This document shows, in pieces, positions 1 to 13,240 of a stretch of DNA of 64,000 nucleotides. Source of the stretch: Octopus vulgaris (Eukaryota); NCBI GenBank assembly GCA_951406725.2, contig OX597829.1:47244001-47308000 (forward strand), given 5' to 3'. The notes beneath the pieces were generated by a model. The model did not search any database and was not told the DNA's origin. It was given only the letters and a program-made list of their open reading frames with translations. The translations under genes and the position numbers were made by a program. Position 1 is the first letter of the stretch. Every line of letters starts with the position of its first letter.

Positions 1-252
1 GTGCTAAGACTCTACACTCTGTGATTAGGTGGTCTATAGTTTCAATCTCATCGTTACAGAATCGGCATTTTGGGTCAGCTCCATTTTTTATCGCATTGGC
101 TTGGTAGTTCTGGGTTAATAAGCTTTGGTCTTGAGCAGCTAATATGAAACCTTCACTCTCTGCTTTTAGCCCTGAGCTTCGTAACCATTGGTGCGTGTGT
201 TTCTGGTCGACATCAGCTTGTTTGCTACGGGCCACATACTTGCCATGCAGAG

Positions 253-253
<1 letters not shown>
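1..253 (-). mobile_element. R4/Dong-like (RLE) non-LTR retrotransposon fragment, 5'-truncated at a (TAA)n tract
   Basis: Minus strand reads PLHGKY...WLRSSGLKAESEGFILAAQDQSL...CRFCNDEIETIDHLITEC (CCHC knuckle preceding the RLE). Abuts (TTA)n at 254. Confidence 0.85.
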
Positions 254-329
<76 letters not shown>

Positions 330-336
330 ATTATTG

Positions 337-406
<70 letters not shown>

Positions 407-452
407 CATCATCATCATCATCGTCGTCGTCGTCATCGTTGTTGTCGTTGTT
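254..452. repeat. (TTA)n grading to (TCA)n/(TCG)n microsatellite
   Basis: Direct reading. Confidence 0.95.
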
Positions 453-679
453 TAAATCAGTTTGATTCGGTTCCCTGAGACGTATAGTTTCGCAGGCTTC
501 TAACAGAAAACAGGTTCGTTCAGGCTTAGATTATCGAATGAAGAAACACAGAAATCCAAGATGGCTACTGGAAATCCAAGACACACGCACACATGCGCGT
601 GTACACACACATATATTCACACACACATATATATACATATATATATATATACACATACATGTGCATGTGCACGCTCGCA

Positions 680-900
680 CATGTGTGTGTGTGTGTGTGT
701 GTTTATCTTTGTTTTGAGTTTGTTCTCCTCACCGCTTGACAGCCGATGATAGTTTGCTTATGTCCCCGTCACTTAGCAGTTCGGCATAAAAAAAACACCG
801 ATAGAATAAGTACCAGGCTTTAAAAAGTATAAGTACTAGACGAGGTCGATTCTTTCGACTAAAATTCTTCAAGGCTGTTCCCCATCATGGCCGCAGTCTA
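680..900 (+). mobile_element. SINE family A, diverged 3' half
   Basis: gcttgacagccgatg...ccgatagaataagtaccaggct...catggccgcagtc matches other family A copies. Confidence 0.7.
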
Positions 901-1451
901 TCATGGCTGCGACTATCCTCACTCCTTTGATATATTCTCCCCTTGAGAATATAAATTATCCAGTAATTAATATACTGGAAATTCATTTGTGTAGGACAAC
1001 AGTAAATGACAAAGGATTATGAAGTCATAGTTTGTTCGATGGTTCGTTGGTTCGCTCGTGGTGGTGGTGGTGGTGGTGGTGGTGGCGGCGGCGGCGGCGG
1101 TGGCGGTGGCGGCGGTGGCGGCGGCGGCGTTGGTGGCGGCGTTTGTAGTGGTGCCGTTCAACTCAAGGTCAATCCTAATTCATCAGACTTAGGAAAACAA
1201 TTACGCTCTTTGACAATTACGTTTATCTATTTATTTATCTATTTATTTATTTTTATTTTGTTTCCTAGAAGTATCCAGAATTTCATTATAAATCATTGGT
1301 TTCATACTTGGTATTAGTAACTATTTTTTCCAGTATCTATAATGTTATTTCATTTTTTCACGACCTGTTTTCTGATTATAACTTGAACGAAATTGACGAC
1401 ACAATGCGATAATCATATGATGTTACAATAATATATTATAAAGCATGTCTA

Positions 1452-1683
1452 TTTTTTTACTACATACAAGGGTCTAAAAACAGAGAGGATAAACAAGGAC
1501 AGAGAAACTGATTAAGTCGATTATATCGACCCCCAGTGCGTAACTGGTCCTTATTTAATCGACCCCGAAAAGATTAAAGGCAAACTTGACCTCGACGGAA
1601 TTTGAACTCAGAACGTAGCGGCAGACGAAATACCTCTAAGCATTTCGCCCGGCGTGCTAACGATTCTGCCAAGCTCGCCGCCC
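1452..1683 (-). mobile_element. SINE family B (tRNA head plus a core resembling the Meta domain)
   Basis: Reverse complement of ggcggcgagctggcagaatcgttagcacgccgggcg...gttcaaattcc...tttcggggtcgat. Confidence 0.85.
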
Positions 1684-1904
1684 TATTATATAGTATATCT
1701 GTAGATTTCAAAGTCAATACTGCGCAATACGATGAATGTAAATAGTTCACCTTAACAGGATGCTCGTAGATAGGAAAACGAAGGAACAGCTTGTGCACAT
1801 TTTCATTATTGTTGCAATCGTCATCAGAATCCCCTAATATTGGTGTGTTTCTAAGCAGAATCTTTGTTGATACTTAAGGAGAGAACACAGTTGCTGATGA
1901 TGAT

Positions 1905-2294
1905 GTTTGTTTGTTTGTTTGTTGAGCGAAGCGGTTTTCGTCCCAGAGTGGGAGAAGTCCGATACGTGGTCCTTTGCTATTCGTAAGACTCGCAGAAGAG
2001 AAAGCAGGTCAACCCCCACGACACCGAGAGCATCGACGGATGGATGAATGCGCATCCAGGCTCGGCGGTTGCGTAGAAAGTCGAGGACAAGGAACAGGAA
2101 GAAAGAGTGAGAGAGAAAGTTGGAGCGAAAGAGTACAACAGGGACCGCCACCTCCACCCCCCCCCCCTGTCGGAGCCTAGTGGAGCTTTAGATGTTTTCG
2201 CTCAATAAACACACCAAACACCCGGTCTGGGAATCGAAACCGCGATATTCCGACCACGAGTCCGCTGCCCTAACCACTGGGCCATTGCGCCTCC
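1905..2294 (-). mobile_element. SINE family C (tRNA head), tail variant 1 ending in (CAAA)n
   Basis: Head ggaggcgcaatggcccagtggttagggcagcggactc...gtttcgattccc with A/B-box-like motifs, shared with 45380 and 50330. Confidence 0.85.
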
Positions 2295-2631
2295 TGCTGA
2301 TGCTGATTCCAGCAAGAATCGAAATATACATATAGCTGCCCCTTCTTTTTCTATCCATGAGCGTACGCATTTGTCATAGGGGTGGCTTTGTGGTAAGACG
2401 TTTGCTACCCAACCACATGGTTCCGGGTTCAGTACATTGGATGGCGCCTCTTGTACTGTAGATGCAAATTTATACCGTTAGTTATCAAATCTACAGACAT
2501 ATCCAATATCACTTTATCGCAACGAAAGGCACCAGTAATTAAATGCTCGATCACGCCGCCACATGTGCTGAATATGCAAATTAGTCTATCCATTTAAATT
2601 TAGAGTGTAATATTAGTAGATTTATAAGCAA

Positions 2632-3023
2632 CTAGCAGTATCCCCCGGCGTTGCTCGGGTTTGTAAGGGAAATAACTATAAAGCATTTTTAGAGAGTTAT
2701 AGCCAAAAAATAGCAAAAAATGCATTAAAAATGGAAAAAAATTATGGTAATTTTTTTTTTAAATCGTTGACTTATCGTAGACATTTTTAGTGAGTTACTT
2801 CCCTTATATTAAAAAAATATACATTAAAATGGAAAAAAATGATGGTAAATTATTTTTTAAATCGTAGACTCATCGTAGACGCGCGCTAATACCCAGAAGG
2901 ACTCGATATGAATCACGACTATAAGATACCCGGTTTTGATTAAACTGCACCGCAAAATGTGGGAGTAGTTAGGAATCTAAATCGAAGGGGACAGACACAC
3001 AACCTTTCTTTTATATATAAAGA
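2632..3023 (-). mobile_element. Non-autonomous Helitron
   Basis: On minus: A|TC 5' end, 3' hairpin cccgagcaacgccggg, CTAG|T end, no TSD. Second copy at about 49420-49921. Confidence 0.85.
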
Positions 3024-3429
3024 TGTGTTATGGATATTTACAGGTGATATACAGCTTCTGACGAAAACTCCGAAAAAGAGTCGGAATGTACATGCATTGG
3101 TCTCCCATTTCTATGCCTCCACAATATTGTACGTACAAATTGTTTTCAAGTGTCATCACAGGCGATAGTTGGCTAAAAAAGAACCCGTGGATATGTTTTA
3201 CAGTACATTAATTACAACGATGAAGCAAACGCCGTTAATAGACCGGAAAATATAACGATGTGAAAATCTGAAGATTTATGTATCAAAAATAGTAATAAAA
3301 AGGTATTAAACGTGCAATTCTCATTAGCGTTTGTTTTGTCTTTTATTTTTCAGAACCGTTTCGCGAATATGGTGTTTCTTGCTTACTTAGTCGGTTTCCT
3401 CTAAATGTATTAAGAACATCGACTAAAAA

Positions 3430-3755
3430 CAGTGGTTCTCAAAGCGCGGGTGGTACCGCCCCCTGGGGTGGGGTGGGGGTGGGGGGCGATTGAAAGATCC
3501 AGTGGGGGTGCTGAAGAAAAATGGAGTGATAATGAGGTGACCAAAACGGGGCAATGGACGTAAAAGAAAGAAAGAAACAAACAAACAAAATAACAGGTTG
3601 ATTAGGTTAAGTTTTATTTGTGAAATATTGTTGCTTTGAATTTTCTGCAGAAAATGGTCTATGTCTGAGATGGTAAGTGTATGGGGGCGGGGGGTACTAG
3701 GAATGTGGTCATAGAACCAAGGGGGTGGCAGCCTGAAAAAGTTTGGGAACCGCTG
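3430..3755. mobile_element. hAT (Charlie-like) MITE
   Basis: TIRs cagtggttctcaaa ... tttgggaaccgctg. TSD is degenerate. Confidence 0.75.
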
Positions 3756-4689
3756 AACCTAAATTTAGTTTATTTATTCATATATCGAATTTAGTGTAGA
3801 AAGATGTTGCTACTGTCTGTCTGTTTGTTGTTTAACTTCATATCAGATGAAACAGAACCATGGTGAAACGCATTCCATCTGTTACCATACTACCATTCTC
3901 GTACTACCATTCTCGCAGGTAAATTGCACGCAGGACTACACTGTCCAACGGATCCTTGTTTTCCAAGACGGTTTAGTACAATTGAAGATTTCACTGCTAT
4001 TTCTAGCTTTTGAGAAACCTGATAAAGGCTCTTTGCTTCAGTTGGTTCGAGTGGAATAGTTGTAATAATTCCTGCCGTGTCTCTTGCTGCTGTAATTTTC
4101 CTTGCTTGAATTTCTAACTCGAGAGTGTTATTGTTCTTGTTACATGAAATCGCTCTTATCATTTACTAAGTTGTTATTTTTGTAACGAATAAAATTCTAT
4201 CCTCATTCTTTTATAATTAAATTTCAGATCTTGCAGAGTGTATTTGTGTGTCGGGTTAAGTACATTTTTATTGCTACCTGTGTATCTGTGTTTATTGCTT
4301 TCACCTCAGAACAAATCGTTAAGTTTGACGTTTTATTTTCATAAACTTTTTTTTTTAATCTCTAAAGCTCTAGAAATTTGTTGAATAGTTTGACTTCGAC
4401 CTCCTTTCAGTTTGGTCATATATTATATTTCTCAGATTGGTAGAAATTAGTACAAAAGTTGAGAAGTATAATTAAATTTAGACAAATTCAAAATAATAAG
4501 TGTCTGGCTTAGTTAACCCTTTGCCTGTCTAAAGCATTTTAATAACATTCTTCTAAACTTCCATGCTTGTTTCGAGACTTTTAGTTCGCCCTTGTTTCAT
4601 ATATTCTGAGTAATATATAAAGCTTTCTGTTCATAAATCATAAGTTACTCTGGTGGGTGGAAAAACTAAGTGGGAATGTATAACATATA

Positions 4690-5586
4690 TAAGGTCTGAT
4701 GAATAAGTATCTGGACGGTTGCAATAGTAACGAAGCTAAAGTACGCAGAGTGAAGCCGCTTGGCAAAGATTGACCTTGAACTTTGCTATGCATGCGCACT
4801 AAGTTTTAACGTCCTACCTCACTTCCGCTGTTTACAGCCGTGCTTGGAAGGAAGGTGTGTAGTGTGTGGTCGTCGCATTGACCATGACAGAGAAAGTTGT
4901 CATGGCGATACCTGCTCAGAGGCCTATGCAAAGTTGCACAAAGTCTATGGAGAGCAGTGTATGAGTCACATACATGTGTGCTAGTGGTTCAGACACTTCC
5001 AAGATGGCCGAAAAAATGTCGATATTGATGAACGTTCAGGGAGACCCACAACCAGTAGAACTAAGAAAAACATCACAGATGTGCGTGCAGCAGTGAGAGG
5101 AAATCATCAAATCACAATCCGTGAGTAATCAGAGGATGTGCAGATTAGTTACGGTTCTGTTCAGTCCATTATCACTGAAGAATTGGGTATGAGATGCGTG
5201 TCTACCAAGTTTGTGCCAAAACTGCTTTCAGCTGACCAAAAGGACACTCGGGTTTCAGTTGCACAACGTCTCCTTGACTGTGTTGAGAACGATGTAAACT
5301 TTTTGAAAACTTTATGTCGGCCTCTGAGCAGGTAGCACTAAGCTTTTAGCAAAATTTGATGCAGATTCTCTGCTCAACTTTCTCTGTCATGTTCAATGCG
5401 ACAGTCACACACTACACACCTTCAAAATACTGCCGTAAAACAGGCAGAGGTTAGCTAGCTAGACCATTAAAACTTAGTGCTCATATACAGCAGAGTTCAA
5501 GGTCAATCTGTGCCAAGCGGCTTTACTCTGCGTGCTTTAACTTCGTTAGTATGTCAACAGTTCGGATACTTATTGATCAGACCGCG
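4690..5586 (+). mobile_element. Internally deleted mariner element with decayed N-terminal transposase
   Basis: About 100-bp TIRs (ggtctgat(g/c)aataagtatc...ttgaccttgaact), TA TSD. Protein remnant VYGEQCMS...W..F..GR..V.D.ERSGRP...IITEELGMRCVSTKFVPKLL has stops and lacks the DDD domain. Confidence 0.9.
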
Positions 5587-6054
5587 TATGTCATATGACC
5601 ATCAGGGAAACAGGTAACAAGTATCACATGTGACAACACAGAACAGGCAAACAGACGACGACCCAACAAAAATTAAGATTTAAAAAATAAAAGTAGAGAT
5701 AAGTTAACGGGTTTCTTTAAGTTTCCGTCTACCAAATCCATTAGCAAGGCTTTGGTCAACCCCGAGCTATATTTGAGGATACTTGCCCAAGGTATTGTGC
5801 AGTGAGATGGAAACCAATACCAAATGAGTGCACATACAAAAAAAAAGTATATATTATTAGATAGCAATAAACGACAAAATATACAGCTAGTGAATGTTAT
5901 GGGGTAACGTAATGCCATTTATAAGGAAGCAGCGGAAGATCTACTTCGAAAGCAATGTTTCTTCCATTGAATTCAGGTTGTGAGAATTAAATGTGGTTGT
6001 GGACACACTGACAGTTGTATTTAATAAAAAGAAGTGATTTTAAGCTTTTATATA

Positions 6055-6468
6055 CTCTTACTCTCTTTTACTCTTTTACTTGTTTCAGTCATTTGACAGT
6101 GGCCATGCTGGAGCACCGCCTATAGTCAAGCAAATCGACCCCAGGACTTATTCTTTGTAAGCCTAGTACTTATTTTATCGGTCTCTTTTGCCGAACTGCT
6201 AAGTTACGGGGACGTAAACACACCAGCATCGGTTGTCAATCGATGTTGGGGGGACAAACACGCACAACGTATACATACACACACACATATATATATACAT
6301 ATATACGACGGGCTTCTTTCAGTTTCCGTCTACCAAATCCACTAACAAGGCTTTGGTCGACCCGAGGCCATAGTAGAAGACACTTGCCAAAGGTGCCACG
6401 CAGTGGGACTGAACCCAGAACCATGTGGTTCGTAAGCAAGCTACTTACCACACAGCCACTCCTACGCC
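6055..6468 (-). mobile_element. SINE family A, full length, with internal microsatellite
   Basis: aggagtggctgtgtggtaagtagcttgc...ggttcagtcccactgcgtggcacc head and (aaaagagt)n tail. Confidence 0.9.
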
Positions 6469-7221
6469 AATATATATATATTTCAGCTCAATGCCAAAGA
6501 TAGAAGGGATGTATGGAAGCAAACTGTATTTTCCCTTCTCTTTCCATTATATATACATATATATATATTTTAGAGTGGTATGATTGTCAGTCTGACAATT
6601 ACATTTTATTCTTTTAATTAATGTTTTAATGGTTTCAATCATAGGACTGCGGCCATGCTGGAACACCTCCTTAATTTTTTTTCTGTTTTTTTTTTTCAGT
6701 TTTGTTGTCACTTTATTGCTGGAAGTTGGTCTATGATGATTGAATTTGCAGCTGCTGGTTTTCCCCTCAACGTATCCTTAAATGGTTGGCTGGCCCCCGT
6801 ATTGTCGTTAGGAGTTTATCCAATGTTTCAGTAGATATTTATTTTCGAGCCCGTAGTATGTTCCACTAGCGGACGGTGTGGTTTATCTTGACAAAAGATA
6901 CGCGAGTCGCACATCTAATCGCGTTCAGCCGACTACAAACGTGTCATGAATCTACTCGAGCAGCACTCATCTAGGCGCTATAAGAACAATGGCAATGTCG
7001 CATATAAAATTTTTCCCGATCTACATACATTGTGAGGTCTAAAATACGTTTACTAAACACACTAACTCGTGAATTTACCATACATCTCTATTAATCCTGT
7101 CTGTTTATCGTATTCATCTCTTTTTTCATTCATTCCTTCTTTCTTTCTTTCTCACTTTCTTTTCTTTTCTTTCTTTTTTATTTCTTATCGTTTTTTCTTT
7201 TCTTTCTTTCTTTCTTTCTTT

Positions 7222-7252
<31 letters not shown>

Positions 7253-7391
7253 CTCTCTATATATATATGTATGTGTGTGTTTGTGTTTGTGTGGGTATGT
7301 GCATACACACATACATATATGTATATATACAAAAATATATAAATACAAAGTGATGCACATATATGTACATACATTCATACACACATATACA

Positions 7392-7457
<66 letters not shown>

Positions 7458-8198
7458 ATGCATACTTACACACACTCACAAATACACACACATAGACACA
7501 TATTTATGTACATATAAAAACACAAACACACACACATATTTATACATGCATGTGTGTATAGGTATGTGCAGGTGTTGTATGTATGTGCGTGTGTGTGTGT
7601 CTGTGTGTGTGTATTTGCAGTTGATAACCGACTGGTTCAGATTTAACCTTATTAATTCAGTTTACACTATCTTCAACCATGTTTCTTTCGATTTATCTCA
7701 AAATTAGCTGACACTTATTTCACTTTACAGTCTCACCTGTAGCTATTTAAATCTAAGTATACTTTCTCCAGGAATTCATATCTAATTATCTTAGCACCCT
7801 AATCCTTCCTTCCAATCCTTGCTAGTATGAAAAACAGAAACAGATGTAAAAAAAAACAAAAGTTTAAAAAATGATAAAAAATATATGAAAATATTCATTA
7901 TTGTCTCAGATTTTTAGAAATATCTTTAGAAAAATTCAGATCTTTTGTTGTTAGAAAGTTGTTGGTTGAGTTAAATGTCCCTGCATATGTCTAGCTATTT
8001 TCCTAATCTGGTTTGTACTTGACCCATTTCATAGAATGATCGCCTGTTTAAATAAACAAAAAAATGGTTCAAATGTTATCAGTTATGCTACCTTCATACT
8101 TTTTTATAGTAAAGAAATGTTCTCCTCTACGGCTTAATGAATGTATCTAACTTGAAGTAGTTACCAAAATAGGTATATGTTATAGTGGTATATGTTAT

Positions 8199-8430
8199 AA
8201 GGTGGCGAGCTGGCAGAATCGTTAGCACGCCAGGCGAAATGCTTAGCAGTATTTCATCTGCCGTTACGTTGTGAGTTCAAATTCCGCCGAGGTCGACTTT
8301 GCCTTTCTTCCTTTCGGGGTCGATAAATTAAGTACCAGTTACGCACTGGGGTCGATGTAATCGACTTAATACCTATGTCTGTCCTTGTTTGTCCCCTCTG
8401 TGTTTAGCCCCTTGTGGGTAATAAAGAAAT
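8199..8430 (+). mobile_element. SINE family B with TSD
   Basis: Full copy. aaataggtatatgttatag is duplicated at about 8168 and about 8427. Confidence 0.9.
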
Positions 8431-8694
8431 AGGTATATGTTATAGTTCTCCGTACACCATATAGGTATCATAAAACTTATTTTTGGGGGGTAAAGAGCAA
8501 CAGTACGAAGTTTATCTAGAAGGAAAAAAGGCATGTGTTCCCAATTCTTGGACCCGAGAGTATTATTAATGCAAGCCTTTTTAAATTTAATCGTTATTGC
8601 AACAAAATTAAAAATAGACATCTTTGATGAAGTCAGCCTTGGTAGAATTCGAGGAGTGAATCGTGGGAACATCTACATAGAAGTGGGTTCTACG

Positions 8695-11600
8695 TGACTA
8701 TTATTCGGTAGCCATGATAAAACTCCGAGTTTCGGATGTCGGGGTGGAAATCCACGCCACCATCTCTTCAGTTATCCGGCCATTTATCTGTAAATGTAAT
8801 ATGCGACAATGATTCGGTAGCCATGGTAAAACTCCGAGTTTCGGATGTCGGGGTGGAAATCCACGCCGCCATCTCTTCAGTTATCCGGCCTTTTATCTGT
8901 AAATGTAATATGCGACAATTATTCGGTAGCCATGATAAAACTCCAAATTTAGGATGTCGGGGTGGAAATCCACGCCACCATCTCTTCAGTTATCCGGCCT
9001 TTTATCTGTAAATGTAATATGCGACAATTGTTCCGTAGCCATGATAAAACTCCGAGTTTCGGATGTCGGGGTGGAAATCCACGCTACCATCTCTTCAGTT
9101 ATCCGGCCTTTTATCTGTAAATGTAATATGCGACAATTGTTCCGTAGCCATGATAAAACTCCGAGTTTCGGATGTCGGGGTGGAAATCCACGCTACCATC
9201 TCTTCAGTTATCCGGCCTTTTATCTGTAAATGTAATATGCGACAATTATTCGGTAGCCATGATAAAACTCCAAATTTAGGATGTCGGGGTGGAAATCCAC
9301 GCTACCATCTCTTCAGTTATCCGGCCTTTTATCTGTAAATGTAATATGCGACAATTATTCGGTAGCCATGATAAAACTCCGAGTTTCGGATGTCGGGGTG
9401 GAAATCCACGCTACCATCTCTTCAGTTATCCGGCCTTTTATCTGTAAATGTAACATGCGACAAAGGTTCCGTAGCCATGATAAAACTCCGGGTTTCGGAT
9501 GTCGGGGTGGAAATCCACGCCGCCATCTCTTCAGTTATCCGGCCTTTTATCTGTAAATGTAATATGCGACAATTATTCGGTAGCCATGGTAAAACTCCGA
9601 GTTTCGGATGTCGGGGTGGAAATCCACGCCACCATCGCTTCAGTTATCCGGCCTTTTATCTGTAAATGTAATATGCGACAATTATTCGGTAGCCATGATA
9701 AAACTCCGAGTTTCGGATGTCGGGGTGGAAATCCACGCTACCATCTCTTCAGTTATCCGGCCTTTTATCTGCAAATGTAATATGCGACAATTATTCGGTA
9801 GCCATGAAAAAACTCCGAGTTTCGGATGTCGGGGTGGAAATCCACGCTACCATCTCTTCAGTTATCCGGCCTTTTATCTGTAAATGTAATATGCGACAAT
9901 TATTCGGTAGCCATGATAAAACTCCGAGTTTCGGATGTCGGGGTGGAAATCCACGCCACCATCTCTTCAGTTATCCGGCCATTTATCTGCAAATGTAATA
10001 TGCGACAATTGTTCGGTAGCCATGATAAAACTCCGAGTTTCGGATGTCGGGGTGGAAATCCACGCCACCATCGCTTCAGTTATCCGGCCATTTATCTGTA
10101 AATGTAATATGCGACAATTATTCGGTAGCCATGATAAAACTCCGAGTTTCGGATGTCGGGGTGGAAATCCATGCCGCCATCTCTTCAGTTATCCGGCCAT
10201 TTATCTGTAAATGTAATATGCGACAATTATTCGGTAGCCATGATAAAACTCCGAGTTTCGGATGTCGGGGGTGGAAATCCACGCTACCATCGCTTCAGTT
10301 ATCCGGCCTTTTATCTGTAAATGTAATATGTGACAATTATTCGGTAGCCATGATAAAACTCCGAGTTTCGGATGTCGGGGTGGAAATCCACGCTACCATC
10401 TCTTCAGTTATCCGGCCATTTATCTGTAAATGTAATATGCGACAATTATTCGGTAGCCATGATAAAACTCCGGGTTTCGGATGTCGGGGTGGAAATCCAC
10501 GCTACCATCTCTTCAGTTATCCGGCCTTTTATCTGTAAATGTAATATGCGACAATTGTTCCGTAGCCATGATAAAACTCCGGGTTTCGGATGTCGGGGTG
10601 GAAATCCACGCTACCATCTCTTTAGTTATCCGGCCTTTTATCTGTAAATGTAATATGCGACAATTATTCGGTAGCCATGATAAAACTCCGAGTTTCGGAT
10701 GTCGGGGTGGAAATCCACGCTACCATCTCTTCAGTTATCCGGCCTTTTATCTGTAAATGTAATATGCGACAATTATTCGGTAGCCATGATAAAACTCCGA
10801 GTTTCGGATGTCGGGGTGGAAATCCACGCTACCATCTCTTCAGTTATCCGGCCTTTTATCTGTAAATGTAATATGCGACAATTATTCGGTAGCCATGATA
10901 AAACTCCGGGTTTCGGATGTCGGGGTGGAAATCCACGCTACTATCTCTTCAGTTATCCGGCCTTTTATCTGTAAATGTAATATGCGACAATTATTCGGTA
11001 GCCATGATAAAACTCCGGGTTTCGGATGTCGGGGTGGAAATCCACGCTACCATCTCTTCAGTTATCCGGCCTTTTATCTGTAAATGTAATATGCGACAAT
11101 TGTTCCGTAGCCATGATAAAACTCCGAGTTTCGGATGTCGGGGTGGAAATCCACGCTACCATCTCTTCAGTTATCCGGCCTTTTATCTGTAAATGTAATA
11201 TGCGACAATTATTCGGTAGCCATGATAAAACTCCGAGTTTCGGATATCGGGGTGGAAATCCACGTTACCATCTCTTCAGTTATCCGGCCTTTTATCTGTA
11301 AATGTAATATGCGACAATTATTCGGTAGCCATGATAAAACTCCGAGTTTCGGATGTCGGGGTGGAAATCCACGCCACCATCGCTTCAGTTATCCGGCCTT
11401 TTATCTGTAAATGTAATATGCGACAATTATTCGGTAGCCATGATAAAACTCCGAGTTTCGGATGTCGGGATGGAAATCCACGCCACCATCGCTTCAGTTA
11501 TCCGGCCTTTTATCTGTAAATGTAATATGCGACAATTGTTCCGTAGCCATGATAAAACTCCGAGTTTCGGATGTCGGGGTGGAAATCCACGCTACCATCT

Positions 11601-13227
11601 CTTCAGTTATCCGGCCTTTTATCTGTAAATGTAATATGCGACAATTATTCGGTAGCCATGATAAAACTCCGAGTTTCGGATGTCGGGGTGGAAATCCACG
11701 CTACCATCTCTTCAGTTATCCGGCCTTTTATCTGTAAATGTAATATGCGACAATTATTCGGTAGCCATGATAAAACTCCGAGTTTCGGATGTCGGGGTGG
11801 AAATCCACGCTACCATCTCTTCAGTTATCCGGCCTTTTATCTGTAAATGTAATATGCGACAATTATTCGGTAGCCATGATAAAACTCCGAGTTTCGGATG
11901 TCGGGGTGGAAATCCACGCTACCATCTCTTCAGTTATCCGGCCTTTTATCTGTAAATGTAATATGCGACAATTGTTCCGTAGCCATGATAAAACTCCGAG
12001 TTTCGGATGTCGGGGTGGAAATCCACGCCACCATCGCTTCAGTTATCCGGCCTTTTATCTGTAAATGTAATATGCGACAATTATTCGGTAGCCATGATAA
12101 AACTCCGGGTTTCGGATGTCGGGGTGGAAATCCACGCCACCATCGCTTCAGTTATCCGGCCTTTTATCTGTAAATGTAATATGCGACAATTGTTCCGTAG
12201 CCATGATAAAACTCCGAGTTTCGGATGTCGGGATGGAAATCCACGCCACCATCGCTTCAGTTATCCGGCCTTTTATCTGTAAATGTAATATGCGACAATT
12301 ATTCGGTAGCCATGATAAAACTCCGGGTTTCGGATGTCGGGGTGGAAATCTACGCTACAATCTCTTCAGTTATCCGGCCTTTTATCTGTAAATGTAATAT
12401 GCGACAATTGTTCCGTAGCCATGATAAAACTCCGAGTTTCGGATGTCGGTGTGGAAATCCACGCTACCATCTCTTCAGTTATCCGGCCTTTTATCTGTAA
12501 ATGTAATATGCGACAATTATTCGGTAGCCATGATAAAACTCCGAGTTTCGGATGTCGGGGTGGAAATCCACGCCACCATCGCTTCAGTTATCCGGCCTTT
12601 TATCTGTAAATGTAATATGCGACAATTATTCGGTAGCCATGATAAAACTCCGAGTTTCGGATGTCGGGGTGGAAATCCACGCTACCATCTCTTCAGTTAT
12701 CCGGCCTTTTATCTGTAAATGTAATATGCGACAATTATTCGGTAGCCATGATAAAACTCCGAGTTTCGGATGTCGGGGTGGAAATCCACGCTACCATCTC
12801 TTCAGTTATCCGACCTTTTATCTGTAAATGTAATATGCGACAATTATTCGGTAGCCATGATAAAACTCCGAGTTTCGGATGTCGGGGTGGAAATCCACGC
12901 TACCATCTCTTCAGTTATCCGGCCTTTTATCTGTAAATGTAATATACGACAATTGTTCCGTAGCCATGATAAAACTCCGAGTTTCGGATGTCGGGGTGGA
13001 AATCCACGCCACCATCGCTTCAGTTATCCGGCCTTTTATCTGTAAATGTAATATGCGACAATTATTTGGTAGCCATGATAAAACTCCGAGTTTCGGATGT
13101 CGGGGTGAAATCCATGCCGCCATCTCTTCAGTTATCCGGCCTTTTATCTGTAAATGTAATATGCGACAATTATTCGGTAGCCATGATAAAACTCCAAGTT
13201 TCGGATGTCGGGGTGGAAATCCACGCT
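8695..13227 (-). repeat. 109-bp tandem satellite, about 41.5 units
   Basis: Unit atgtcggggtggaaatccacgctaccatctcttcagttatccggccttttatctgtaaatgtaatatgcgacaattattcggtagccatgataaaactccgagtttcgg. ORF starts recur every 109 bp. Confidence 0.98.
8710..8781 (-). ncRNA. Type I hammerhead ribozyme motif (representative unit, repeated about 41 times through 13140)
   Basis: Minus strand: ggccg-gataa CUGAAGA gatg[...gtgg attt ccac...]catc c GAAA cuc g gag UU uuauc-au-ggcu. Stems I, II and III and the core are all present. Predicted cleavage after GUU lies between + coordinates 8720 and 8721. Confidence 0.8.
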
Positions 13228-13240
13228 GCGGGTTAAGGTT

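Noticed and set aside
3060-3095. Hammerhead-like ctgacga...gagtcggaatgta
   Set aside because: GAAA is mutated and no stem I pairing is present.
3890-4162. 90-aa unique ORF on the minus strand
   Set aside because: No recognisable domain and no convincing splice signals.
8695-13227. CRISPR array or tandem protein-coding genes (about forty 91-aa ORFs)
   Set aside because: There are no unique spacers and no cas genes, and the context is eukaryotic. The ORFs are a by-product of a 109-bp period that is not a multiple of 3.
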